Shown: piece after piece, positions 27,499 to 38,654 of the stretch
Position numbering within the stretch: position 1 is the stretch's first letter
Layout of the letters: each line of letters opens with the position of its first letter
Source: Cyanophora paradoxa CCMP329
Lineage: Eukaryota > Plantae > Glaucophyta
NCBI GenBank assembly: GCA_004431415.1
Contig: QPMI01000401.1
Location: 62,001-126,000, forward strand
Length of the DNA: 64,000 bases
Direction: 5' to 3'
Position numbers and translations under genes: made by a program
Notes under the pieces: model-generated
Told to the model about the DNA's origin: nothing
What the model saw: only the letters and a program-made list of their open reading frames with translations
Databases searched by the model: none

Positions 27499-28295
27499 CG
27501 CCGAGCGTTGGGCAAAGTTTTGTGGCCGAGCCCGGCGGCTCGTTGCGCACGAAGCGAGCTCTACCCCTCAGACAGCAGCTGCAGGGCCCCTTCGAATTCG
27601 CGCAGCGGCCCGTGGGTGAAGCGCGAGCGCCCCCGTATCGTATGTTATTCGCGTTGAGATCGTCTTGAGCACTCTGAGCGCGCTCTTTCCCGCTCTCCCT
27701 TCGCCGTGCGGTCATCGAACGCGCTCGCCCCCGCGCGAAAACGAAGGAGCGATGGTTCGTGCGCTTCCTCGGCATCGGTGAGCGACTCAGTGCTCACGAA
27801 GCGACCGTGGAGCGCAGGACTTCGAAGCGACCGCGCCGATGACAGCTGCTGCATGCGCAACCCACTTCAGAACGACACGGAGATTCGGCGTGCGTTCGCA
27901 TGCGAGTGCAATGCGTGTCAGAACCTGATTGCGACTTGCAGGAAGAATCAAATGCCGACTGGGCGCGCCGCCGCCGCCGCCGCCAAGCTCGGCGCGTCGC
28001 GAGGCTGCGCGGCCTGCGGTCACACGGCCGCGGTCGGCCCGGCGGCTCTCTGGCGCGTGCAGGCACTTTATTCATCGTCTTCTTGCTGACCTGCTTAAGC
28101 TTCTGCGCAGCTGCAGGGGCTCATGGTCTTGACGAAACGCGTACGCGTACGCCTGCAGCTGCGACACGCATATGCGCGCGCACGGCCGGCTCCTGTCGTC
28201 CCCTCTTCATCAGTACCAGTCCAGCCACGGATCCGACACTTCTCTAAATTTCTGACGGATTCGGCGTGCGCCACTAGTACTCTCTGATATCGATC

Positions 28296-30345
28296 ATGCC
28301 GTTCGCGTGGTATACGTAACGTTTCGGCAGATGGCTGCCGCTGCCTTTGTTCATGTGCGGAGTCGACAGCGCCACCGTTCCGTTCTTGCTGCGCGGCAAG
28401 TGCACATGCAGCGAGGACTTCGTCTGCTACAGCTGCGCGCATGTCTCAATCCTCCTCCAACTGGATTTTGAGAATGCCGCGAAAGGAGTAGAAAAGGAGG
28501 AGTCCGTGCCGATCTATAAGGTGAGCGTCTTCTGCGGCCTCGCGCCCTGTGCGTACCTTGGCCGACATTGATATATATCCTGTTGCAGGAAGCTCTCGAC
28601 GGGCTGATCGAGGCTAGGGGGCGGCGGCACGCCTTGAGCGCCGCCCTCAGCCTCCGCCTCGCCCTCGCGTACGCCGGCCTCCGCCAGTACGAGCCCGCCA
28701 TAGAGCTTTACGAGGTTTGTACTTAAGCCAACGAGCTCTTCATGATCATGCGCTGACGTGTGAACGGCCGCAGTCAACGCTCGCTCTGTATGCGGAGAGC
28801 GCAGCCCTGCGCAAGACCAGCTTCCCCGGCATCCTGGGTACCCACGTCGACATACTGGCCACGCTCTACAGAGAGCTGAAGCGAGACAACGGTCCCGCCT
28901 ACAAGCGGGCCCTCCTCGTGCGTGGGCGGCCCGGGGGCCCCCTCCACCTCTAGAACCAGATCTAGATCTCTTTGATGCCCCGCTGACCCGCCGCGCGGCA
29001 GTGGATGCGCTCGTTCTGGGAGGGGTGTCTGGAGGAGGAAGAGCACAAGATCGCGCGCTCGGAGTACATGATCGCCGAGTACTTCCTCAAGACGAAGGAG
29101 TTCGACGAGGCGGAGAGCCACCTGACGGTTCCCTTTTGCCTTCAGCTTGCGCTCGGCCCAGTGAATCTCGCGGCGCTCATGATCAACCTCACGCTGCGCA
29201 GGCGGGCCTGAAGCGCGACCGCGCCTCGGGCGAGCTCAAGAAACGATTCTCGGAGCGCTGCTGCCAAGGGGTTCTCGGGCTCATCAAGTCCGTCGCCATA
29301 GACCACCACGTCAGCTCCGGGCGCTTTGAGCCCGCCCTCGAGCTTCTGCAGGTCCGCCTCGCGCCTCTGCTGTTTCTGGAGTCCGTTTTCGCGTTCGGCC
29401 TGACACTCGGCCACAGACGGCTGTCGAGGCCGCGGAACTATCGTGCGACAAGTGCTTCGAAAAAGGCCGCCAGCTCGAGACCGTCGTGGAAGCCCTCGCA
29501 GCAGCGTGCAGGTTCTTCAAGAACCGCCCGGGCATCAATATCGATGCGGCCTCCGTCATGGAGGAGGCCTGGAAGGTGCCTGGTCCCGCCCTTCCTTTGT
29601 CTTACGCCCTTCCTTTGTCTCCGACCCCGGCCCTCACTGCGCCTGCGCTTTGAATACGCAGCGGCTCGTGTCCGTGACCACGGCGCGACTGGGCGGGGAG
29701 CACAGGATGACCGCTTCGGCCCTTATGAGACTGGCCTGCTTCTACATTACCACAAAGCGGCCCCAGGAAGCCGAGCCACACGCTCGCGTCTGTCGCTTTT
29801 CGTTCAACTTTCTCCCTAGGCCTCTGCCTCGGCCGACAGCGGCGCACGCAGCGGGCGTGGGAGATCTCGGCGGCCGCGCTCGGGCCGACGAGCCCCGCAG
29901 TGGAGGAGGCGCTCGCGGTACTGGGCAGCCTCTATCGAGCCGCCCCCGACCTCAGCCGCGAGAGGGCCCGGGCCTTCCGCAGGGTGCGGGCGGGCCGTGG
30001 CCGGTTGAATAATTAGCCTCGAGCTTGGGGTGCCCATCGGCGCCGGCCAATCTAACTTGTGCCGAAGATCGAAGCGGAGTGGGTGGCTGCGAACAAACAT
30101 AACGCGGAGAGCAAGCTTCTTGTTTCTACAGGATTTGATCTGGTCGATACAGCTGCAGGCGACAAGGTAGCTACAGTCATAGCTTCTCCGCCTCCTCGTG
30201 CCGAACCGCTGACTCTGCGGGTCGACCGAAGAGATACACGGCGGACAACATCATGTCAATGAGCACGGACGGGACGTCAACCCACGTCAACCTTGCCGAT
30301 CTCAAGGCCCACCTGAGCGGCCAGTGCACGTGCTCGTCAAACTCA
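28296..30345 (+). CDS. TPR-like repeat protein, 5' part; interrupted by the 30346-63050 insertion and continued at 63051-64000
   Basis: Exons RSFWEGCLEEEEHKIARSEYMIAEYF, RLGGEHRMTASALMRLACFY, AWEISAAALGPTSPAVEEALAVLGSLY; frame HLSGQCTCSSNS continues as VCDGCKARIFP only after the second copy at 63829. Confidence 0.55.
29568..30345 (+). repeat. 778-bp direct repeat, copy 1 (host gene segment)
   Basis: cctggaaggtgcc...gtcaaactca matches 63051-63828 at constant offset 33483; the ORF track shows identical ORFs in both copies. Confidence 0.95.
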
Positions 30346-32502
30346 ATCCGACAGGCGCCACTGCCTACGGAGCAACCCGTGGGCAGCTCATCGTCAACAT
30401 CAGCCCGGCACGATCGGCGACCAGCAGCGATGCGGGCGCATCGCCAGTAGCTCAGGAACATCATTTCAGCGTCGATCGGCGACCCCCGCGCACCGGCGGG
30501 CTCGGATCGGCGTGCGAGCGATACGCACACAGCGATCAGCCACAGCGAGCCGCCAGGCTCTCCGTCAGCGCACCGGAAACGTAGAACTAGCTCTGAAGAA
30601 CTGCTAAATGCGGTCGGACGCGCCCTCCCGTCGCCCTCGCCGACGGACGCCGCAGATCTTGTCCAGATCTCGGAGGGACAACCTCGATGCCCATGCTAGT
30701 ACGCGCGCCCCGCCGCGCCGCGCCACGCGCACGGCCTTGCGCAGATGAAAGAAGACCTGTACGATGACCGGCGACCCGCGAGCCTTGCCCAAGACCGAGG
30801 CGTACATCGAGCCTGGTCGATCGGCCGTGCTGGCTCTCGCGAGCCTTGCACTCCGAGCCCAGCGCTCCGCGCCCGAGTTCATCATAGCCTGTGCCGGCGT
30901 AGCGCACGCGCACGGCCTTCCGGGGTGCGCGCCGCGCCTCGCCCGTGAGATTTGATCTGCTGGGGTCGGCAGATTTGATCCTCTCACTGGCCAGCTGCGG
31001 ACCTCGCCTGCGCCGCGCGCCACTAAGCGCGGGCGGTCGCCGGCCACCTATAGAGAGCCAGGCGAGCCGCTCGCTCGCAGATCGTTCAGCGGAGGAGACG
31101 TGGGGCAGCCGCGTGGCTTAGCCTGGCGCCCACGGCCGCGGGCTGAGGTTCTGGCTCAGCGCGGTTACGACTGGGGCGTGCCGCTCTCGCAAACTGAGCG
31201 CAAACACGATCCGGGGGCGTCCCGGTTTCGTGCGACGTGAGCTTGCTCACCTCGGCTGCCAGAGGCACCGAGCGAAACGACCGGAGTCGATCGAAAGGCT
31301 TGCAAAACGGGACCCTCGTGGTCGCCGCGTAGCTCGCCGCCCAGAGAGCAGAGCATGCAAAACAGGACCCCCGTGGTCGCTGCGTAGCTTGCCTGACTCC
31401 CTCGGGTTCCAACGGAGTCGAGTCGAACACGAGGAAAGGCAGCGAGCCGGGACCGAGGCAGACAAGCTCGGGTTGCCGTTGCATCGCTCGCCGCCCGGAG
31501 AGCAGTAGCTCGTGCTTCAGGACCCCCGTGTCCACTGCCGCTTGCACTGTCTTCTCTCGGGTGAGGATGGAGATCTTGAGCTCGGCGCGCGTCGGCTTTG
31601 AGAAGCCTCGCTGCATGGCTGCGGGCCCCGATCGAAGCCGACGGAGCAGACATTCTGAGCGATAAGCTTGGCTTTACGCCTCGAGCTTTTCGTGAAAGAA
31701 TCTCCTCTGGAACCGATCGCGAGGCTTCCAAATGGCGGACCTGGCGCCCTTCACAGCAGAACCGAGCACTCTGAGCGGCATTCCGGTGAATGCGCTAGAG
31801 ATGCTGCGCCGGATTCCGCTGCTGCAGCCAGCCGCCGACTGTGACACGGTCACCTTGCCGCGCGTCTTCGAGGCCACGTGCACCGCCACGTTTGATCATG
31901 ATATCGATCATGAGCTGGCCAGTGGCTTGGAGATGCATACATGCCGGCCGCCCGCGGGCGACAGCTGCAGTACTATTCAGCAGCAGAACCGAGGCCTCGC
32001 GCCCAAGTTCCTTCCGGATGAGTGGAAGAGCGAGTAATATTGGATCGAGATCTAGCGGAAGCCTCGATCGCGCCAACTCAAGCCCCTTCCGGAATCGTTG
32101 CAGCCGAGCTTGCCCGAGCTTGCTGCTGCTGTGGACTATGGCCACGGATCTCGAGCCTCGGAGAGAAGAATTCTCCGAAGGAATAGCTACTAGCGTGGCT
32201 TTACGCCGTAGCTTGCAATTGATCCTGCGGCTGAGAATGTCCTCGAGACCTTGAGCAAGAGCTCATAATTAAGCGGCCTGTCTAGCTGCATGCGCAGCTG
32301 GGGAGTTCAAATGTACATGAGCAGGGACCCACCTGCTGCTTTGCGGCCAGGACCCACTCTTGCCTCGCAAAGAGAGCATGAGCCTTCTTTGGCCGATGTC
32401 TCTCTCAGCTCTCGATCTCAACGTATACGTTGTTGCCAGCGCGCGGTGCCCGGCACTGCGGCCCCGACGCCGGCCGAACGTTGACTCAGAGCTGATCACA
32501 AT

Positions 32503-32669
32503 AAAAAATGAGAGAGGACCTGATTCTGTGGCCCGCACCTCTTCACCACCCTCACTCCTCCAAACCACCCCAACCCACACACTCCAACGCCTTCCAACCC
32601 ACACACTCTTCCAATCCTTCGTTACGTCTACCCCACAACCTATCCAAACCAACCATCAAGCAACCGCTA
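32503..32669 (+). repeat. Element A left TIR, outer 167 bp
   Basis: Reverse complement of 54403-54569. Confidence 0.95.
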
Positions 32670-32860
32670 AGCTGAGCTGTGAGCATTACACCCAAAAATT
32701 ACCCCAATATAATTTGCCCCTTCAAGCAATATCCGCATGATTCCCAGTAACCCAATCCCCAATCTCAGTAAATCTCAGTAAGCCTCAGTCACAATCTATT
32801 TTATTTAATCGAAGTTATATCTAAAATCTAATCAATCGAAGTTATATGCATTACACCCAA
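32670..32860 (+). repeat. Element B left TIR (191 bp)
   Basis: Reverse complement of 43898-44088. Confidence 0.95.
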
Positions 32861-33123
32861 ATTTTAGCGCCTTTTATTTACGACATTCAGTAACAACTTT
32901 ACGATTCCCGACAATCGGAAAATATCACCACCCAATAAACCCATTTAATCGAGAGATTCCCGATGAAACCTACAACAATCGAGAGATTCCCGACAATTCA
33001 CCATCGGACAATCGATGAAATACCCATTTAATCGATTGAATCCATAAAAAACAACAACCACTAAACCATTCACAGTTACACCCGTTACACTTCCACATCT
33101 CCGATTGATTCACATTACACCCA

Positions 33124-33447
33124 TCACATTCGCATAAATTGCATCCAAGTAGCAGGATTAGCAATACTTACGTCTGATTCGGAAGACATACCTTTTTGGT
33201 AATTATAACAGAATTCACAAAGTAGTCCCTGAGACATTGGTTTGAGTTTTTCAGTATCTCCACAAATCATACAACAGTTTCGGGTTCCCATTCGTTCATA
33301 CATAGCATTTGCTTTTGCCTGTTGTGAATGTGTTAATTTCAATTCGCCGACGTTTTCATTTACCATAGAAACAACCGGACGTCCACTTTTAGCGCCGACG
33401 TATTCAGTCATATTACGATGTCGTTCACTTGCTTTTCTCTTACCCAT
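33124..33447 (-). CDS. Small Zn-ribbon protein (element B)
   Basis: 107-aa ATG ORF with CMIC...CEFC; preceded by the conserved AAAATTTGAC motif. Confidence 0.6.
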   Translation of the reverse strand: MGKRKASERHRNMTEYVGAKSGRPVVSMVNENVGELKLTHSQQAKANAMYERMGTRNCCMICGDTEKLKPMSQGLLCEFCYNYQKGMSSESDVSIANPATWMQFMRM

Positions 33448-33539
33448 CGTTATTACTACTTCTCAGATTCCTTTTAAACTTTGTCAAATTTTGCCCCGAT
33501 GCAAAAAATGATGTCCCAAAAAAATAACAATTAAAAACA

Positions 33540-33953
33540 ATGGATTACTACGGAGTTTACATGTTGGATATTGAAAATCCGGAATTACATAAAGATCTTC
33601 TCGAAAACAACGGGGCTGAATGGGATCCGGACACAAAATTATGGTTTGTCGAAGACGAAAATAACGAACTTTTAAAACAATTCCGTGTAAAACATCCGGG
33701 TGAATTCGACCAAGATTACGTTAAACAATTCCACCGCCAGTATTTCGTGGCTGATATCAAAGCAAGACTACCGGAGATTGCGGCAAAGCGTATATTTACT
33801 CAGTCATCATTACGCAAATATATTAAAAAACAAGGCGCTACATACGATCCTCAGTATCGTTTATGGTATGTTACTGATCCTGAAAGTGAGATATGCAAGA
33901 TCTTTAAGATGTTCACACTCGAACAGGTAGAAGATCTGAGAAGACCAAATTAA
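33540..33953 (+). CDS. Tandem DUF5710-like domain protein (element B)
   Basis: Two copies of GA(E/T)(W/Y)DPxx(K/R)LW(F/Y)V. Confidence 0.65.
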   Translation: MDYYGVYMLDIENPELHKDLLENNGAEWDPDTKLWFVEDENNELLKQFRVKHPGEFDQDYVKQFHRQYFVADIKARLPEIAAKRIFTQSSLRKYIKKQGATYDPQYRLWYVTDPESEICKIFKMFTLEQVEDLRRPN

Positions 33954-34717
33954 ACCGTTATTGTTGTGGGTTCATTACTAATTCTTATTGATTCTCTCTT
34001 TTTTATCGCTCGTCTCTTAACAAACTTCTTAAAGCCCTTCATATCATCATCTGTTAATATTGCCCGGTCTGTGTATACTTTTATATCATACCCTTGCAAT
34101 CCAGTTATGACTGTTTGGTAGTTATAACCCCACAGTCTATGCAATTCCTTGTAGGTCTTTTTATCAAGACCCCCATTATACTCATCATAAGCGCAATTGA
34201 ACTCTTTTTCGTTCCCAAGAATATTGAAAAATACTACGAACTCAACATTTCGACGAATGGTAGTAGAAATAGAGCATAAACGTTGAGTATTAATAATTAC
34301 TGTAATCGAATAATGACGGGCTGTCGTAATCAATTTAGAAAGGACAGCTGAATTATGCATATCCAAAGAAGAACCTATCATATCGTCTAAGATTATAACC
34401 AAATTATTACGCTTCTCATTATTCTCAATTCGTTTCTTTTGCATGCTAATGAGTTTCACTACTACATTATCGTCCCATTCCTCATAGATATTATCAGGAT
34501 GCGTTATATCTCTGAATTGACCAGTAAACGCAGTAGAACTAAAGACTACAATCTGATCGATCTTATCCCTCAGTTCATAAAGTAGATATTTGCAGTAAGT
34601 TGTCTTACCAGAATTGCTGCGCCCACATAATAAAAAACGCGTGCTTAATTTAACTGTTCTTGCAGGCTCAAACTCCGGGATGTCATTCAAATCAATATCC
34701 ATTCCTGTGTTATCCAT
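33950..34717 (-). CDS. A32-like genome packaging ATPase (element B)
   Basis: Walker A GRSNSGKT, Walker B IILDD, TTARHYSITVIINTQ, IRRN. Confidence 0.92.
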   Translation of the reverse strand: MDNTGMDIDLNDIPEFEPARTVKLSTRFLLCGRSNSGKTTYCKYLLYELRDKIDQIVVFSSTAFTGQFRDITHPDNIYEEWDDNVVVKLISMQKKRIENNEKRNNLVIILDDMIGSSLDMHNSAVLSKLITTARHYSITVIINTQRLCSISTTIRRNVEFVVFFNILGNEKEFNCAYDEYNGGLDKKTYKELHRLWGYNYQTVITGLQGYDIKVYTDRAILTDDDMKGFKKFVKRRAIKKRESIRISNEPTTITV

Positions 34718-34827
34718 TACAGTAATAAGATAAAAAACAAAATAAACCCCTTAGCGCATGCAAGGCATGCTTGTCATGCCGACCCTACTAATTTTGCGCT
34801 TCCTACTCTAACGAAAGAAAAAGAACT

Positions 34828-36054
34828 TTAGAAGTTCGAGACTTTCAGGGTAGAGATGTTGTAGCCATTGAGGACCATAACATTGTGTCGTAGGGCATAG
34901 ATATCAACCTGAACAGGAGCAGCATCAGTGCATCCCGAAACAGTGAGATCCATGTAACTGGAACTGCTGTTGAAGAAATCCTGGTAACCCATAACACTGT
35001 TCCGAAGCGAATCTTTTCCAGATTTGGAAAGAACGATTCCGTAAATATTTCCATTCTCGAATCCATAAGTAGTATTGCCAACAGTAACACCCTTGTAATG
35101 AGAAGGAATGTGATTGATAGCCGAGAGGAAACCAGAAATGGGTTTGTTGGAGATATCCAGGGAGCGATTGTTGTGGAAGATCTGGAACTGATCGATCTTA
35201 ACATCCGAAACATGACCACAGAAATCAGAGTGAGTGTAGGTGTTAAGTTTGTTCACCTCTCGAACTGTCATGAGAATCGAATGAACCAGACCAGAAACAT
35301 TAGCGAGTGTCACCTCAACCGATTCACCAGCATCAGCGGTTTTGAGCGCTCGTGTCTTCTTGTGGATGACCTCTGTGATCGGAATGCGAATGCCACCTTG
35401 TTCATTTGCCATTTTCAAAAGTGTCTCAGCCTCAGCCGAAGCGATGTTTACAAATTGACAGATCAGGGAGCAATCCGCAAATGTAACAGATCCACCAGCA
35501 GGAACTTTGACTATCCCAGCATCACGGAAATCAACCTCGATTGTTGGCATATCCGCCAGTGTGCATAGTGGGAAGTAAGCATCATCCCAGAAAGCAGCGG
35601 GAATTTTCACAATGTATTCCATAGCCTCATCTGTGCTTTCACGATCAAGTTCTTTGAAGTAACCAAGAGAAGCATACATGCTGCTCATGGTAGCATGATC
35701 ATTATCAATCAGAGCGTTAACAGTTATCCAGTCACCAGGGATGATATACTTGAAACCACCATGAACAAAGCGGACCTCATTAATATAGGAAGAACCACCA
35801 TTGGGGAGGGTGCAGGCTACACCACCACCAGTGGCAATCTTGAAATAGAGCGAAACACCAGCAAGGAGTTGCTTGCGAGGTAGATCAAAGTAAGCGGTAT
35901 TCTTAAAGCCAAAAGTATTGCCTCGGGGACGAACTTGCTCGAGGAATGGTTTGTACTTGGGGTTGGTTCCGATTTGGAGACCAGGGGATAGATAAATTTG
36001 ATCGGAACCGGGAGTTACGAGGAGTTCCTTAAGGGTAGTTCCAGTGAGTGCCAT
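34828..36054 (-). CDS. Putative double jelly-roll major capsid protein (element B)
   Basis: 408 aa, beta-strand-like pattern (FDLPRKQLLAGVSLYF, FPLCTLADMPTIEVDF), between ATPase and penton-like gene; most conserved gene between A and B. Confidence 0.8.
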   Translation of the reverse strand: MALTGTTLKELLVTPGSDQIYLSPGLQIGTNPKYKPFLEQVRPRGNTFGFKNTAYFDLPRKQLLAGVSLYFKIATGGGVACTLPNGGSSYINEVRFVHGGFKYIIPGDWITVNALIDNDHATMSSMYASLGYFKELDRESTDEAMEYIVKIPAAFWDDAYFPLCTLADMPTIEVDFRDAGIVKVPAGGSVTFADCSLICQFVNIASAEAETLLKMANEQGGIRIPITEVIHKKTRALKTADAGESVEVTLANVSGLVHSILMTVREVNKLNTYTHSDFCGHVSDVKIDQFQIFHNNRSLDISNKPISGFLSAINHIPSHYKGVTVGNTTYGFENGNIYGIVLSKSGKDSLRNSVMGYQDFFNSSSSYMDLTVSGCTDAAPVQVDIYALRHNVMVLNGYNISTLKVSNF

Positions 36055-36106
36055 CTCTTATGTTTAAAATACCAAAAGAAATTTTTAAAATGCTTTATTA
36101 AACAGA

Positions 36107-37006
36107 ATGACGCGTCATTACCTTAATATTGATTCCAGGGACCGAGATGATGGAACCCCAACGAACTTCACTTATAAAATTCCCCATGCAATCCAAAATG
36201 TGAGAGCCTGCAGAGTGACTAACTTTGAGATGTTCAATAACATTTACAATCTTAGCGAGAATGGAAGTTTGATTACAGGAACCTATGATGCTGGAGATGT
36301 AATTAAAACTAAGAATAACACTATTTCAAAAGGGACATATACTTCGGATAGTTTGGTGAATCTTCTAAATGCCAAACTAGCTTCACAAGTGTATGGTGCA
36401 GCAGGAACTACCTATACTCGCCATTTCTACGTTACATATGATCCTGTTACCATGTTTCTAAGGTTCATGTGCGATGCAACATTTACCCTCACCTTTGGAA
36501 GTCGGATCTTAGCAAACTTCCTTGGGTTTCCAGAGCGCAGACCTGACAGTTCAGAAAATGGTTACGCTTCTGCCCTGCTGGATTCACCTGTAACAGTTGG
36601 AGCTAATACTTATAATTACTACATTGACAGTGTTATACCGCTCGATCTTCTGTTCAACTCTTACATCCTTCTCCACGTTGACCCACTCAAAGGCAACTAT
36701 GTAAGCAAGAACACAAGCGATGATAAAGCCCTCGCAAAAATCGAGATTGATCAAACGGTAGGCAGTCTCTTAAAATATGATTCATCGAATAATTCCATGA
36801 TCCTGCATGAGCAAAACGGTTTGGTGGAAGTTGAAACGCTAAAAGTTCGTCTCACATACTGGAATGGTGCCGAAACGGATATTACCACTGATTGGTCGAT
36901 GACGCTTGAACTCATTACGGAAGATGATAAAGATCTGACAAAGAAAGCATTGAAGAATGTCATTAAAGAGTTGGAGGGACTCTACTTGCCGTTCTCACGG
37001 TCATAG
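36107..37006 (+). CDS. Putative minor capsid (penton) protein (element B)
   Basis: N-terminal LNIDSRDR...NFTYKIP...FEMFNNIYN and C-terminal LKVRLTYWNG...DWSMTLE pattern typical of PLV/NCLDV pentons. Confidence 0.75.
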   Translation: MTRHYLNIDSRDRDDGTPTNFTYKIPHAIQNVRACRVTNFEMFNNIYNLSENGSLITGTYDAGDVIKTKNNTISKGTYTSDSLVNLLNAKLASQVYGAAGTTYTRHFYVTYDPVTMFLRFMCDATFTLTFGSRILANFLGFPERRPDSSENGYASALLDSPVTVGANTYNYYIDSVIPLDLLFNSYILLHVDPLKGNYVSKNTSDDKALAKIEIDQTVGSLLKYDSSNNSMILHEQNGLVEVETLKVRLTYWNGAETDITTDWSMTLELITEDDKDLTKKALKNVIKELEGLYLPFSRS

Positions 37007-37042
37007 GAAATACTGTAGAATAAATTTGTCTCGATATTACAA

Positions 37043-37792
37043 ATGGCAACTCGAAAGACCCAGCCAAAGAATTTCTTAGCCAAACCAGTTGAGCAAGCGG
37101 AACCAGAACGGAAACAGTTTAAGAAATCGAAAGGAACCGCTGCATATGGAACTGGTGATCTCGATAAAAATGTTCACCAGACCATGAATGCTCACACAAT
37201 TGCGCTTACTTCAAACTCAAATGATGATAATGCCCTGGTTGACCAAGTCCCACTGAACCGCATGCCCGGAGCGAAACGAGGAATCAAGAAAGGGCAGTTC
37301 AAATCATCCACGAAGGACAAGGTTGCCTCATCATCGACACTGCTGAAACTGCTTGATGGTGGTGAGAGACTCTACTCAACCTATTCCGAGAAAGACCATC
37401 GCAACCGCTACTTTATTCGTTCAACCACTGGTGGACTGAAATCTGTGACATATCAGTATGCTAAGAGTCTTGTTGATGGTATTGCAGCAGAGACCAAAAA
37501 CGAAAACAAGATCAAGGAACAGCCAATCACAAAGGAAAAGGTGGAGAAGAAACCAGAGGTAACCCATGAAGTAATCCCTGAACCTGTTCATGTCGCAAAA
37601 GACTCACCAACAGAACTGATTGCGAAGACAATCGATTATCAAGAGTCCAACAAAACGGATTTGCCGGTTCTCAATAAATCAATCCTTCGGGTTGCCACTT
37701 CGCAGGCTGATCCAGTCAACTCAATTCCAAATGCTGCTCCAATGGTCTCAGGGTTTGCCAAGCTCGGTATTAAACCTGGATATCGCCGTTAA
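37043..37792 (+). CDS. Basic protein of unknown function, possibly virion core (element B)
   Basis: 249-aa Lys-rich ORF homologous to 53573-54175 (RYFI, GIAxETKxENKI, LPVxNxSILR, PMxSGFxKLG). Confidence 0.7.
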   Translation: MATRKTQPKNFLAKPVEQAEPERKQFKKSKGTAAYGTGDLDKNVHQTMNAHTIALTSNSNDDNALVDQVPLNRMPGAKRGIKKGQFKSSTKDKVASSSTLLKLLDGGERLYSTYSEKDHRNRYFIRSTTGGLKSVTYQYAKSLVDGIAAETKNENKIKEQPITKEKVEKKPEVTHEVIPEPVHVAKDSPTELIAKTIDYQESNKTDLPVLNKSILRVATSQADPVNSIPNAAPMVSGFAKLGIKPGYRR

Positions 37793-38155
37793 GGGACGGC
37801 TCACGCATCATTTCCGAATTAAAAAAATCTTGAACATTGTTAGCGCTACGTAACCAATCTTATCCCGTAGGCTCAAAACTTCTTCATTTTTATGGAGGCG
37901 TTGTAGAGCGAAGTGAAAATATCCATAGGTAAATCACTTTAATCACCTGTTCTACCGGGTTCAGTGGTAGAAACTTGCAGCCGACAAGTGAGCCTATTTG
38001 GTTTCGGTGGCTTTATCATTTTTCCAGCATCTTCTTTCAGAATTGGATGCTCTGCAATCGGGACCAAAATTTGACAGGAGTTTAATCGCTATATACAGAC
38101 AGAAAAACTACTTAAAGATTTCTTAACATATATTAAGAGAGTAGAAAGGGACAAA

Positions 38156-38413
38156 ATGCCAATCAGTGAGGCTCAGAAGCGTGCTACTTACCGTTATCGC
38201 AAAACTGAAAAAGGTCAGGAATATTTAAAAAAGTATAATGCGAAATTCGCAAAGCAAATGCGTGATTTATACCATACTGATGAGTGTTACAGAGCCATGA
38301 GAATCGTTGAGAGTTCCCAGCGTCTCTATGCTTCCAATGCAGTCTGCTTTGTGAAGTATCTCTATGGCGTCCCCTATTCTAACCGTGGTCGCAAATCGAA
38401 ATATGTCTGTTAA
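38156..38413 (+). CDS. Small basic helical protein, probably DNA-binding (element B)
   Basis: 85 aa starting MPISEAQKRATYRYRKTEKG; RDLYHTDECYR resembles RKLRHTNETYR in A's AT-hook protein. Confidence 0.65.
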   Translation: MPISEAQKRATYRYRKTEKGQEYLKKYNAKFAKQMRDLYHTDECYRAMRIVESSQRLYASNAVCFVKYLYGVPYSNRGRKSKYVC

Positions 38414-38654
38414 TCGTTTTTCTCAGCGCGATCTGCTCTGAGAAACCCGCGGGAACCGCGCTGGAGCCACAAATAAAATCATTCTGTTATTTTTAGAGTT
38501 CGATCATCGAGCCAACCCTTTGTTATTTTTATAAATGCCCTCGACTAAATTTATTTTGTCGAAGACTTTCGGTTTTGCCGGTAAAAATTGACGCGAGTAT
38601 AAAAGTATTTAAGGAAAACTTTTGTAGGTATATATTAATAGAGTGAACAAAGAA

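Noticed and set aside
11400-27700. Many long Arg/Pro/Gly/Ala-rich ORFs in the ORF track
   Set aside because: By-products of very high GC content and intron read-through; real proteins are recovered only by splicing
31086-32145. Possible gag-like remnant on the minus strand (QRFRKGL; RGSCFAC)
   Set aside because: Motifs too short, no complete CCHC knuckle, and no RT, RNase H or recombinase recognised nearby
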